This document shows, piece after piece, positions 13,623 through 26,519 of a DNA stretch of 64,000 bases (position 1 is the stretch's first letter; the number at the start of each line of letters is the position of its first letter). The notes beneath the pieces are model-generated. The model was not told where the DNA came from. It worked only from the letters and a program-made list of their open reading frames with translations, and ran no database searches. The stretch is from Octopus vulgaris (Eukaryota), in assembly GCA_951406725.2 (NCBI GenBank), contig OX597815.1, positions 59,334,001 through 59,398,000 on the forward strand, given 5' to 3'. Position numbers and translations under genes: made by a program.

Positions 13623-13666
13623 GTAAGTCACAAACCAAAATAAAAATACTGTGTCTGAGAAATAGG

Positions 13667-13718
<52 letters not shown>

Positions 13719-13787
13719 TGTGTTTGTAGACACACCTTTGAGTTTGTGACTGCCTATATGTGTGTGCATGTGCATGCTAGGCGTGTA

Positions 13788-15220
13788 ATCATCATCATCA
13801 TCGTCGTTTAACGTCTGTTTTCCGTGCTAGCACGGGTTGGATGGTTCGACTGGGGTCTGGGAAGCCAGGAGGCTACACCAGGCTCCAGTCAGATCTGGCA
13901 GTGTTTCTACAGCTGGATGCCCTTCCTAATGCCAACCACTCCGTGAGTGTAGTGGGTGCTTTTTACGTGCCACCGGCACAGGTGCCAGGGGAGGCTGGCG
14001 GCGGCCATGATTGGTTGGTGCTTTTTACGTGCCACCGGCACAGAAGCCAGAGAAGGCGGTGCTGGCATCGGCCACATTCGGATGGTGCTTTTTACATACC
14101 ACCAGCAAAGGTATCACAACTACTATTTCCATTTGACATTTATTTCGATGTTCATGTACTTGACTCAATAGGTCTCCTCAAGCACAGCAGGTCATTCTGC
14201 AATCCAAGGTACTTTGAATGGGCTGGGGCTATGCGAAACTGGTGCAGGAAGCAGCCCGGGTCTTTGCAGTCACAGTATATTTCCAGAGATCTTGGTCCTT
14301 CGTCATTGCCTCTGTGAGGCCCACCGCTCGGAGGTCATGCTTGACTACCTCATCCCATGTTTGGTCTACCTCTCCCCCTGATACCTTCAACTGTTTGGGA
14401 GAGGCACTTCTTCACACATCTCTCCTCATCCATCTGCAGTACATGACCATACCATCGCAAGCATCTCTCTTGCACACCACATCTGATGCTTCTTATGTCC
14501 AGCATTTCTCTCAGGGTGCTTACACCCTGTCGTGCGTGCATACTGACATTACACATCCAGCAGATCATATTAGCTTCATTTCTTTCAAGTCTACGCATGT
14601 CCTCTGCAGTCACAGCCCATGTTTCACTACCGTGAAGCATGGCAGTTAGCACACATGCATCATACAATCTACCTTTCACTCTGAGCGAGAGACCCTTTGT
14701 CACCAGTAGGGGTAGGAGCTTTCTAAACTTTGCCCAGGCTATTCGTATTCTAGTGGTGACACTCTCTGAGCATCCACCTCCACTACTAACTTGATCACTC
14801 AGGTAGCGGAAACTATGAACTACTTCTAGTTTCTCCCTATGGAGTGTGATGGAATCTGTTTTCTGAGTATCTGTGGTGTCTATTGTCCCTGTGCATCTGC
14901 CGCACATGAAAGCTATCTTATCAGTTAATTTCCCTTTGATGGTGCTGCACCTCTTATGCGTCCATAGCTTACACTGGGTACATCTTATGGAGTTTCTACC
15001 TACACCTTTCCTACAGATCAAGCAGGGCCACCTGCCCGAGGGGGTGTGATGAGTTCGCCTTTCTGCTTACTATAACTTTGGTCTTTGCTACATTTACTCT
15101 AAGGCCCTTTGATTCTAAACCTTGCTTCCACACCTGAAATTTCTTTTCTAGTTCAGGTAGTGATTCTGCTATGAAGGCCAGGTCATCAGCATAGAGGAGC
15201 TCCCAGGGGCAACCTGTTTT
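13788..15220 (-). mobile_element. 5'-truncated RTE LINE with (CAT)n tail
   Basis: GCPWELLYADDL, PHD-like CRK...CTQCKLWTHKRC...CGRC, C-terminal domain, 3' UTR and tail at 13788. Confidence 0.92.
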
Positions 15221-15404
15221 ACGCACACACATACATACAAAATTAAGAGGAATGACCACTAAAGTGGACACCTAATATGCTAAACATAGACGTCAAATTG
15301 CCATTACCACGAAGAATGTGTTCTCAAGAAAAAAATCCCAGCAAAACACCAAAATGTGAAAATGAGCAAGACAAATGAAAATATACAAAATTAAAAATGA
15401 TTAC

Positions 15405-15478
15405 CTACGTACCATTGGTTTCACTTGTTAATATCTACGTATGCAAATATGCAGATATCTGCAAGATGGTCAGCGTAG
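15405..15478 (-). ncRNA. Type I hammerhead ribozyme motif, variant core CUGACCA
   Basis: Minus strand: CUACG CUGACCA U-CUUG[long hairpin]CAAG-U GAAAC CAAUG GUA CGUAG. Confidence 0.65.
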
Positions 15479-15938
15479 TCTGTCGCTTACGAAACACAAT
15501 TTCCAGAACTAGATACAGAATGCTCAACTGAAATCAAGCATGTATAAAGTTCTACAAATTATATTTGGGTGTATTTTTCAAATGTCTTCACTTTGGCGTG
15601 CTGAGGCTGGAAATTACTCTGCAGTTAATAAATTTCAGCAGCCAATTTTCCGGTTAGAGAACATTTTTTAAATTTAAAATTAAATAATAAGGGTAGAAAT
15701 TGATATTAGTCAACTAAAACCAGTGGCTTAGCATATTTAAAAAAATCCAAAGATTAAAAATTGTATTACATACAAAATTAGGAGGAATGACCACTAAAGT
15801 GGACACCTAATATGCTAAACATAGACGTCAAATCGCCATTACCACAAAAAATGTGTTCTCAAGAAAAAATCTTGGTAAAACGCCAAAATGCAAAAATGAG
15901 CAAGACAAATGAAAATATACGAAATAAAAAACGATTAC

Positions 15939-15998
15939 CTACGTACCATTGGTTTCACTAATGCAAACACACAGATATCTGCAAGATCATCAGCGTAG
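15939..15998 (-). ncRNA. Type I hammerhead ribozyme motif, canonical core CUGAUGA
   Basis: Minus strand: CUACG CUGAUGA UCU UGCAGAUAU CUGU GUGUUUGCA UU AGU GAAAC CAAUG GUA CGUAG; stem I is CUACG/CGUAG, stem III is ACC/GGU. Confidence 0.75.
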
Positions 15999-16465
15999 TC
16001 TGTTGCTTACGAAACACAATTTCCAGAACTAGATACAGAATGCCCAACTGAAATCGAGCATATATAAAGTTCTACGAATTATATTTGGGTGTATTTTTCA
16101 AATGTCTTCACTTTGGTGCGATTTTCATTTGTCTTGCTCATTTTTACATTTTGGCATTTTGCTGAGATTTTTTCTTGAGAACTCATTCTTCATGGTAATG
16201 GCAATTTGGCATCTATGCTTAGCATATTAGGTGTCCACTTTAATGGTCTTTCCTCTTAATTTTGTATGTAACACAATTTTTAATCTTCGGATTTTTGTAA
16301 ATATGCTAAGCCACTGGTTTTAATTGATTAATATCAATTTCTACCCTTATTATTTAATTTATATATATACTTCTAATATTTCTTTTCTAGATATATGACT
16401 GAGTCAGCTATAAGAGCTAGGTAATCAGCATATAGAAATTTCCATGTATATACCTACGTATATTA

Positions 16466-19348
16466 CTAGCCAAATCGACTACTAGCCAAATCGACAACTA
16501 GTCAAATCGACTACATCCTTGCCAGAAAAAGGGAAAGATGGCTGCTTATAAATGCCAAAACCTTCCCAGGCGAAGAATGTTCCCCACAACATAGACTGGT
16601 AGTTAGTGACTTCAGGATCAGGACTAAGAGGACGACTAGAAGACGATCAACATGGAGAAGAAGGGTCTGGAAGCTTAAAGACCCTGCAAATGGACAGAGA
16701 TTTAGAGACATGTTACTTGAAGCCTCTGACGAAATAGAAGGGGGTATAGCTACACATGGGGTAGAAGATAACTGGACGCTTCTAAGGGACAACCTGCTGA
16801 AAGCCACTGACCAGATCTGTGGCTGGTGCAAAGTCCCCTCAAGACCCAAAATAACGTAGTGGTGGAACAATATTGTTGACAGGGCTATTAGACAAAAGAA
16901 ACAGGCTTGGAAGGACTGGAAGAACGGTGGTAGCAGGGAAGTGTATCAGACTGCCAGAAGGGAAGCTAGGAGGCAGGTGTATTTAGCCAGAGGGGAAGCA
17001 GATAAGAAAAAATTTGCCAATGTTCTGCGCCGTGAGGATGAAAGACTTGAGGTATTTTGTGTTGCAAGACAGTGTGTGAGAGAGAATCGTGATGTGGTAG
17101 GAGAGAAATGTGTTCGCAAGGATGACGGTTCACTTGCGCTAAATGAGGATGCAAAGAGAGAGGTTTGGAGACGCCACTATGAAAGGTTGCTGAATGAGGA
17201 AAATGAATGGGATAAAGAGAGTCTGCCAAATGTCGACCCAACAGAGGGACCAGCAATCCGAGTTGACATTTCCTTGGTAGTTAAGGCAATTACAAGCATG
17301 AAAACAGGGAAAACCCCAGACCCATCAGGAATTACTGCAGAGATGCTCAAAATATCTGGTAGTGTTGGCTATAGCCTAGTCACCCGTATAGTTAACCAGG
17401 TGATACACGAAGGAGTCATACCCAATGACTGGTGTAGCAGCATAATAGTCAACTGCTACAAAGGTAAAGGTGACGCTCTAGATACAAATAACTACAGGGG
17501 TATCAAGCTGCTGGATCAGGTAATGAAGGTTATGGAGAGGGTTATAGCCCAACTAATTAGAGAGAGAGTTAGCTTAGATGAGATGCAGTTTGGGTTCGTG
17601 CCAGGGAAAAGTACTACTGATGCTATATTCCTGGTAAGACAGCTGCAGGACAAATACCTAGCCAAAGATAAGCCCCTGTACCTAGCTTTTGTTGATATGG
17701 AGAAAGCCTTTGACAGGGTCCCCCGATCCCTTATCTGGTGGTCAATGAGGAAACTAGGGATAGATGAATGGTTAGTGAGAGCTGTGCGAGCCATGTACAG
17801 AGACGCTGCTAGTAAGGTGAGGGTTGGCAACGAGTACAGTGAAGAATTCCGGGTAGAGGTTGGGGTCCACCAAGGTTCAGTCCTCAGTCCCCTCCTATTT
17901 ATCATAGTCCTCCAGGCAATAACGGAGGAATTCAAGACAGGATGCCCCTGGGAGCTCCTCTATGCTGAAGACCTTGCTCTAGTTGCTGAGTCACTATCAG
18001 AACTGGAGGAGAAGTTTCAGGTGTGGAAGCAAGGATTAGAATCGAAGCCCTTAGAATCAACCTAGCCAAAACCAAAGTCCTAATAAGTAGGAAGGTAGAC
18101 AAATCACAAACGCCTTCAGGTAGATGGCCCTGCTCGATCTATAAAAAAGGTGTGTAGGTAGAAACTCTATAAGGTGTGCCAAGTGTAAGCTATGGACACT
18201 TAAGAGGTGTAGCAATGTCAAAGGAAGGCTAACTAGGAAAATAGATTTTATCTGTGGCAGATGCTCAGGAGCAATAAACACTGAAAATGTGCAGAGACCA
18301 ACTTCTACCACGTTCCGGGGAGAAAAACTAGAAGTAGTTGATAGCTTCCGCTACCTAGGTGACCAAGTCAGTAGCGGGTGTGTGTGTGCTGAAAGTGTAA
18401 CTGCTAGAGTAAGAATAGCCTGGGCAAAGTTTAGAGAGCTCTTACCCCTGCTGGTGACAAAAGGCCTCTCGCTCAGAGTAAAAGGCAGACTGTATAATGC
18501 ATGTGTACGTACAGGCATGCTACATGCTAGTGAAACATGGACTGTGACTGCTGAGGATATGCGTAAGCTCGCAAGAAATGAAGCCAGTATGCTCCGATGG
18601 ATGTGTAATGTCAGTGTTCATAATCGACAGAGTGTAAGTACCTTGAGAGAAAAGTTGGACCTAAGAAGCATCAGTTGTGGTGTGCAAGAGAGACGTTTGC
18701 GCTGGTATGGTCATGTGACGAGAATGGCTGAAGATAGTTGTGTGCAAAAGTCTCACACCCTAGCAGTTGAGGGAACCTGGGACGAGGTGGTGAAGCACAA
18801 CCTTCGAACTTTAGGTCTCACCAAGGAAATGACTAGAGACCGAGACCTATGGAAGTATGCTGTGCGTGAGAAGACTCGGCAAGACTAGTGAGAACATAAC
18901 CTGTGGCCTACATACCTTTTCTTCTTGGGACACAAAACTCCACTTGTGAAGACTCGTTGAGGCAAGTGAAAATCAAAATCAAAATCAAAATCAAACCAAA
19001 TCAAATCAGATATAAGAAAGCAGAACCAAAATCGAAGTCGATCAATATCAATGGAAATTGCAGCTGTGATACCAGTGCCAGTGACAAGTAAGCGAACCAT
19101 CCGATCGTGGCCGTTGCCAGCGCCGCCCCGACTGGCCTCCGTGCCGGTGGCACGTAAAAGCACCATCTGTTCGTGGCCGTTGCCAGCCTCGCCTGGCCCC
19201 CGTGCCGGTGGCATGTAGCACCATCCGTTCGTGGCTGTTGCCAGCCTCGCCTGCCCCCCGTGCCAGTGGCACGTAAAAGCACCATCTGCTCGTGGCCGTT
19301 GCGAGCCTCGCCTGGCCCCTGTGCTGGTGGCACGTAAAAAGCACCATC
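16466..19348 (+). mobile_element. Young RTE LINE copy (end of endonuclease, RT, PHD insert, C-terminus, 3' UTR minisatellite), frameshifted
   Basis: The 374-aa ORF 16941-18065 has QFGFVPGKSTTDAIF, FVDMEKAFDRV, GVHQGSVLSPLLF and YAEDL; it continues in 18289-18888. Confidence 0.95.
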
Positions 19349-20770
19349 GTCTGCTTTTATTGGTAAGGAGATGCAACAGTATGCAATGGCCATTGTAGCA
19401 TTATCAGAGACTAGATTTCTTGGTCAAGGTAACTTTTCTGAGAAATCCAGTGGTTACACATTTTATTGGAGTGGGAAAGAAGAAAAAGGAAATTGCAAAA
19501 AGCAAGTGGTGTTGCTTTTGCTCTGCAAACCTCCTTGGTTGCTAAATTAGAGGAATTGCCATACAGTGTAAATGGTAGGATGATATTGCTGAGGTTGCCT
19601 TTAAAAGAAGGTCGGTATGTAACACTTGTTAGTGTTTATGCACCAACTATGAATGTAAGTGAAAATGAAGAGCTCTCCTTTTATGATGTACTGAAAGAAA
19701 ATATCCGCAAAATTCCACACAAGGATGAGATTATCATATTGGGTGATAACTATGATAATTAGAAAGTGAGATAAAAGCAATTTCTGTATAGTGCGGATCA
19801 TGCGAGGAGCAGAATGTTGGACAGATCATCGCTTGGTTCATGGGAAGATCAAATTTGCAGTGAAGCCAAAAAGTAGACAAAGTGGCACTGGCATCCCTAA
19901 ATGTCTGAATGTGAATCTCCTTAAGGATAAAACACTTAGAGTAGAATTTCAGCAGAAAATAAAAAATTTGGATTGAACAGATGAGTGGATGGACTTCAGA
20001 AGACAACTATACAATTTAGGTAAGGAAGAAGAATTTTGAGGATCATCTGGAAAATGTTTTTGAGTGACGATGAGGTGCTTGAAATAGAGAAATGCTTCAG
20101 TATTGAAGCTTTGCTATTGCAGTACAGTTTGAGATAGAGTGGACACTTAGTCAGAATAACAGAATGCTTAAACAACTTTTTTACAGAGAATTGGTAACAG
20201 GTCCCACAAACCAAAGATGAGGTACAAAGATTATCTGAATAAGATAAATGTTCCAATTAACAACTGGGAAGATTTAGTGCATTGCCGAGAAAAATGGAAA
20301 AAAGTTGTATAGGAAAGCAAAAATGAATTTGAAAGGAAAGAGAATGGGGCATGCAAAGATCAAAAGAAAGATGAGAAAAAGTGACAGGAATGATATTCTA
20401 ACAAGCATTAATGAATGTGATGATCTTACATGTGATGAGTGTAGAAAGATTTGTCTTAGTAAGGCTGGGTTAAAGAACCATATGAAATCACACATTGCAC
20501 AACTTCACATTGATTATAGATGGGCAGATGATTTCAAATGCATACTCTGTCATAAAGTATGCAGATCAAAAAATGGCTTGAAAAAGCATAGTAAAGTTCA
20601 TGGAGCTGTAAACTATACAATCCCCAAGTTTTCTTGCTCTAATTGTCAAAAAGCATGCAAGTCTTGGGTAGGCTTCAAAAGCCATATTCATGCAGCTCGT
20701 CGGTGATATTCTAGGGCATAAAGAAGTCATGCAACAGCTCTATTTGAAATTGAGGTGGCAATCATCATAT
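19349..20770 (+). mobile_element. Internally deleted RTE/BovB-like LINE: endonuclease fragment and C-terminus with three C2H2 zinc fingers
   Basis: IVALSETRF, LRLPLKEGRYVTLVSVYAPT and RGAECWTDHRLV; ORF 20305-20706 has CDEC..HMKSH, CILC..HSKVH and CSNC..HIHA. Confidence 0.85.
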
Positions 20771-20959
20771 ATATTAGCATACTTATGTCGTCAAAAATGC
20801 AGGCAGTTTTGTTAATGATAGAAAATGGTACATCAACACAATGCTAAATGTCAACTATCTAGTAAATAAATATACATGCACAGAATTGAAGCATTTGAAG
20901 AATCAGATATGGTTGTACTGTCTTTATTGAAAATATCATCCACATAATGTGTGTGTATA

Positions 20960-21350
20960 TGCAAGGCCAGTCAAATAATCTTCTTTTTTCAGGGTTTTAA
21001 TTTCATTTGGCTTTTTAGTTTCTTCATGTCCTACTGTTACTCTAGCAGCTCTTAATAAACCTTCTTCACTATTACCTGCATAGAAGGCTATATCTATTCT
21101 AGCTAACTCCACACAGTCTTCCACTACCACATTCTTTTTTAAGTATAATTTTTCTACTCCTGCTCTTTGATGAAGTCTTCTATTCATATTGAAATCCTCA
21201 GTTCTTCTGTCTAGATTTGCTAATTTAGGTTTTGTTCAATCTACAAAAGCTGCTGAGTATCTAAGTAATGATACTGCATGGGTATTTACAAACTTCACTA
21301 GATTTGGACTATTTAGCTTTGACTTCATTAGCTTCCTTGTCCTACTGATG
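20960..21350 (-). mobile_element. R4/Dong-like non-LTR retrotransposon remnant
   Basis: NTHAVSLLRYSAAFVD...LDRRT and LHQRAGVEKLYL...VEDCV...SEEGLL resemble the post-RT region of this clade. Confidence 0.6.
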
Positions 21351-21357
21351 TACCCTT

Positions 21358-21760
21358 TACTTCCTTTCTCTCTTTTACTTGTTTCAGTCATTTGACTGCA
21401 GCCATACTGGAGCACCGCCTTTAGTTGAGCAAATTGACCCCAGGACTTATTCTTTGGACGCCTAGTACTTATTCTATCGATTTCTTTTGCCGAACTACTA
21501 AGTTACGGGGGATGTAAACTCACCACCATCGGAAGCGATGTTGGGGGACAAGCAAATACATGCAAACATATACACACACATACATATATATATATATACG
21601 ATGGGCTTCTTTCAGTTTCCATCTACCAAATCCACTCACAAGGCTTTGGTCAGGCCGAGGCTATAGTAGAAGACACTTGCCCAAGGTGCCACGCAGTGGG
21701 AATGAACCCAGAGCCATGTAGTTGGTAAGCAAGCTACTTACCACACAGCCACTCCTGTGC
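21358..21760 (-). mobile_element. tRNA-derived CORE-type SINE (octopus OK/OR-like)
   Basis: A-box TGGCTGTGTGG, B-box-like GGTTCATTCCC, CORE-like CCTTGGGCAAGT, LINE-like tail; same family as at 46458 and 47926. Confidence 0.85.
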
Positions 21761-21799
21761 CTTTCTCAGTTTTTGTTTTCATCAGGCTGATCACACCAC

Positions 21800-22494
21800 A
21801 AGGAATTCTGACACTGTTTCAGGCAGATCCAGTTGGTTTCCTTGAACATTTCCTAACCCATGATGAGTGTTTGGGTTCATCACATTGAGCCAGAGACAAA
21901 GAGACAGTTCATGCAGAGGAAACATCCCTCCTCATCTGCTCCAAAGAAACCAAGATCATTTCATCTGCAGGGAAGGTGATGGTTTCATTTTATCTTAATA
22001 AAAGGCATTGTTTATTGACTATCTTCAAAAGATCCACATCATCAACAGAGAGGACTATGCCAACTTACTGAGGCAGTTATATAAGTCTATCAAAACCAAA
22101 TGTTCAAGAAAATTGATGAATGGGTCTTGTTTCATCAAGGCAATACTCTAGCACAGAAATCCTTGATTTCAAAGGCTGCAATTCTTAACTGTGGCTTTGA
22201 ACTAACTGGTTGATCACCTTCCCTGTTTGCCTGATTTGGCCCCATCTGATTATTATCTGTTCCCTTATATGAAAAACATTTGGCTGAGAACCATTGTCGC
22301 AGTGATGATGATGATATATCTGTTGTTAACCCTAAACAGGATGAAAGTTTCTTCATTAATGGTATCCAAGCACTGCAACACCAATGGATAAAATGTGTAG
22401 ACCACAAAGGGGACTATATTGAAAAATAAACCAAATCCAGTCACATTCCGTGAGAATACCTTGATCAGCCTATGAACTTTTTACTGATCCTAGT
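21800..22494 (+). mobile_element. Mariner transposase remnant with 3' TIR
   Basis: WVHHIEPETKRQ, SAGKVM and PDLAPSDYYLFP motifs; end CAGCCTATGAACTTTT. Confidence 0.8.
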
Positions 22495-22819
22495 AAAAAA
22501 TAATATACACATGCGCACGTGTGAGCATACACACACACACACACACACATCTTAATATTGTACTGTGTTCATGTTGCAACTAAGATTTTCAAATAATTGT
22601 GCTGATATTTTATATATTAAGACACACTTCAGAAATACCCCAAATAAAGGGAGAGAGGAGAGAATGAGACATGTAATGGTTCAGTGATGTCACAAATTTT
22701 GCTATATATTTATATTTTTCTCCTTAATTTCTGTACTGCTTTCACCCTTCCAACTTTCTCTTGCATGTTTACTTTAATGCTATGCAATATAAATGACATT
22801 TTTTGCTTGTTTTTGGTAG

Positions 22820-22901
22820 ATACATTTGGAAATCTTGTTAAGTGCAATCCTAGAGAATATCCGATGTACAGCTTCAAATGATCCTGTCGTGGAAATAGCT
22901 G
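22820..22901 (+). CDS. Internal exon of host gene (IHLEILLSAILENIRCTASNDPVVEIA+G)
   Basis: Acceptor TTTTGCTTGTTTTTGGTAG|, 82-nt open frame, donor CTG|GTAACT; phase 0/1 matches the neighbouring exons. Confidence 0.7.
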
Positions 22902-23662
22902 GTAACTTAAATTTTTTTTAATATGAAACCATACACTGAATACAAATGAAATTTTGATAAACAATTTGTATTTACACTTAAAATAAATCAATAGTGTTAA
23001 AATATACATGGGTCTCTATTTCAAATTTCCTTGCTTTTCCAGTTGGACATGTCAGGGCTCACATAGTAACACAGTAAAGCTGCTTATATTTATTTGGGTT
23101 ATAGACCTGGCTCTTGATTGCTTTAGCAATGATCACACTGTTGCAAAGCTCAGTCACAGCAATCTGAGGGGGCTCACAAACATCATACATACCATCTTTC
23201 TCACTTTGTTTATTTAAAAAAAAACCTCAGACACTAATTGTTTTATCAAAAAATGTTGCTAAATTTTTCACTAAATTATATTGATGAATTAAGAACTGAG
23301 GTTCATACAGTTAGCTAAAACCCATGAAGGTAATGCCCCAGCATGGCCACACCAGTGACAGCAAAACTTAAAAGAAAGTGTATGTGCATATATTGTTTTC
23401 TTTTATGTTTGTTTTCCCATGCTAGCTTGGGCCCAAAAAGACTTTTTATTGACTGCAGGGCTTCTAACTACTTCAAGTTTCATGCTACAAAAGTGCAGTA
23501 ATCAGGCTGGCTTATATAGCATACTATGCCATATCCATTCAAATTCAGTAATTGTGGCTTCTCCTTAAGAAAATACAAGTAAAAACAAGAATAAAATGAG
23601 AGGAAAACTTAAAGCGAAAGTGGACAAAAGATATGTCCCTTTAACCCTTTGGAAGCAGCATA

Positions 23663-24042
23663 TCTGTATATATATAAGGCAGGATGTGTGTGTGTGTGTG
23701 TACATGAATGTAGTTTATGCATTTCGCTCAAATTTTAGGACATTCGTCACGACCCTAGCTGTATTTTCGTCAAATTATTTTCCCCTGAGGCACCCTCGAA
23801 TAGGGGTAAATAATTTTGGGCCATAACTTCTGACAATTTTCATGGCGGAGAAATTCACCATTGTTTACAAACCAAACATGAGTTAAGTCCCCTTCTAGTG
23901 ATGGTGTAAAGAGAGGGAGGGAGAGAGAGAGAGATAACAGATTTTAAAAATTTCTTTTTAGTGAGTGATTGACAGGCAGGGGTTGTTATGTATGTATGTA
24001 TGTATATGTACAAAGCACATGCATGCAATGTGTGTGTGTTGC

Positions 24043-24088
<46 letters not shown>

Positions 24089-25196
24089 TCACACACTATA
24101 TAAACGATATTCTCCGTTTCTCCACAACTACTTTCCAAATTAGCTGAATCCATTGCTCTACTAGCTAGTCATGTGTAAACATGGGAGAGAGCAGAGGTTA
24201 CCAGAGCAAAAGACCTACGTGTTGACTGTAGACACGCTCCTTCGCAAACGATCAGCTATTATTTTGTAAGCAATGTTTCTTCCTGTTACAGAACTTACGT
24301 CCGGGTGCCAAATTCACTTTAATTGATGGTATTACTTGGGTTGGAGGTGGTGGTGGGACAGTGGCAGGGGCAAAGGCGTGCAAAAACATGTATGCAATAG
24401 GTGTATGTACGTATATGTTTGTGTGTGTGTGTTGCCCATATATATATATATACTTAGTTGTGATCTGAACATAACCGCTTCTCACACAGAGGATCGGGGG
24501 GCCTTTTAGGCGTTTTATTTTCCTTGCTGGAAGGGTTCTCAACCATAGGCAAAGTGGGGTTACATAATGGGGGTAGTGTTTTCAAAAGAGTTGGCATATG
24601 CAACCTGATCACCTCTGCCGGTCAAACTCCCAACCCATGCACTCCCACCGCGACACTGATTCTGTAGAACTGGGTTGGGTATGAAAACCAACTTTAAAGT
24701 ATAAATATAGATGTTTTTGAATCAGCAATGTTCAGTTAAGTCCTATTTGGGGTGAAAAATCAATAAACTATTTCTTTATGGGGTTTTCCATTTAATCAGG
24801 GTAAAAAAAAATCGATAAACCGATTCCTTATAGGACTTCCCACTAAAATTGGTTACACCCCATTTTCAACCATAATGTCTACCAATTTTGATGTATTTTG
24901 TTCAAACTTGATGCCAGCATTACTTAGGGCTCATGGGATCTTTGAATGTTTTAAATTCTCCAAAAACGAAAAAAAAAAAAAAAAAAAGCAATCGATGAGT
25001 GGAAAAAATCAATAAGCCGATTCCTTATGGGATTTCCCAATCAAATTGTCTGCAAAATTTCAGCCAAAAGTTTACCAATTTCAACGGATGTCACTCAAAT
25101 TTGACGTCAATGTTACTTACTTTGCTTTGAAATAAAGAGCTTGATTAGTTTAATAATCTTAACTTAATCCCAAGCAAAGCCGGGCTATACTGCTAG
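23663..25196 (+). mobile_element. Probable non-autonomous Helitron-like element (5' boundary uncertain)
   Basis: The 3' end has an imperfect GC hairpin CCCAAGCAAAGCCGGG followed by CTAG|T at 25193-25196; candidate 5' A|TCTGTATATATATAAGG. Confidence 0.4.
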
Positions 25197-25249
25197 TTTT
25201 TAATATAGTGTTTACATGTAAAATGACAGTGTTTAGTGGGAGGTAATTG

Positions 25250-25730
25250 AAAGTGAAAAAGCCAGAATATGTTTAATGTAGGGAGAATTTTGTGTGGTTT
25301 AAGTGAAACGACACTTTGTGTTTGGGCAGTAGCTGTAAGAAACTTTCATGGAATGTTTATTAAAGATTTTCTTATATCTGTTGCTATTGGGGGAATGCTT
25401 TTTCAACAAGTCTAGGTTTTACCTACATTAATCCTAACATTCAACGAGGAAAGGGATGTGAACCGTGCAACATTCTTAGGTCTATTTTTTTTATCTTGTT
25501 TTAGTTAGGGTTGTAGTAAAAGTTATCTTATTTTTAAAACCACAGTCAGTTAATGTCTTTTTAATGTAGGGGGCTGCCTTAACAAAAATTTCTTTAGAGG
25601 AAGAGAGATTAGATATTCTAATGCTAGCTATAAGCTTTTTATAGATGACTGTAAAGCAGCAAGACTGTTTATGTATTGTGTCATCCCATAAATAATGCTG
25701 TTTTTTTATACTTCTTTTATTTTTCAAAAT
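25250..25730 (-). mobile_element. Penelope-like element remnant (Naiad/Chlamys-like post-RT region)
   Basis: RISNLSSSKEIFVKAAPY...KKIFNKHSMKVSYSYCPN. Confidence 0.65.
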
Positions 25731-26263
25731 TAAGATAAACAGACTTCTTTTTTAATCTAAATTATACACTCCTTCATTTTCTACAATGCTCTTCCATCTA
25801 TCTGGTAGGCTTACAAGACCCCTCTTCCAAAATCCATTTAATAGCGAGTACTACACATCTGTTGATGGGTGCTACATTATTACTAAAATGTATGTACAGG
25901 ATACATTGCAAGCCTGCCTACATCTTGAAGCACTATAAACACGTGTCATACATTCATTTACATGATGAGAAACATGTTTCACAGACAGCACTATTAGCAA
26001 ACACCACTGTCTGAATTTGTACAAAGGCATGACTTTGGTAAACATTCAATTAATCGCTGGATCACCGGTTCCCATGCAACCTTTGTATTTTCCTCATCTC
26101 CAAATACAATAAACGCATGCATCATATGCTTGTCTGTTTACATGGTGAGAAACAACATGTTTCACAGACAGTACTATTGGTGAACAACAGCAAATACCAC
26201 TGTATGAATTTGTACAGAGGCATCACTCCGGTAAGCATAAAAACATTTAGATAATCAATAAAT

Positions 26264-26380
26264 CAGTGGTTCCCAAACTTTTTGTTGTGGAATCCTTTGA
26301 CATTATTTTTAAAAACATGGAACCCCTAATAACTTTCAAGGAACCCTGAGGTTTTGCAGAACATGCTTTGGGAATCCCTG
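26264..26380. mobile_element. Short hAT-type MITE
   Basis: TIRs CAGTGGTTCCCAAA / TTTGGGAATCCCTG; internal GGAACCC motifs like the element at 40730. Confidence 0.6.
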
Positions 26381-26519
26381 CTCCAGATTAAAAACTCTAC
26401 ACCATATTATGGACATTAACTGGCAACTGTGCATAAGAGCTACATGGTCTTGTTAATGGGTTTTGTTATTTACTAGGATGCATAGAATTGGTAATATTAC
26501 TGTATTCACTGTATTCACT

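Larger units (their letters stand above)
15232..16360. repeat. ~535-bp hammerhead-containing repeat, about 1.65 tandem copies plus an inverted partial copy (16121-16360)
   Basis: AATTA(A/G)GAGGAATGACCACTAAAGTGGACACC at 15241 and 15776; 16121-16360 is the reverse complement of part of the unit; no ORF. Confidence 0.9.
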
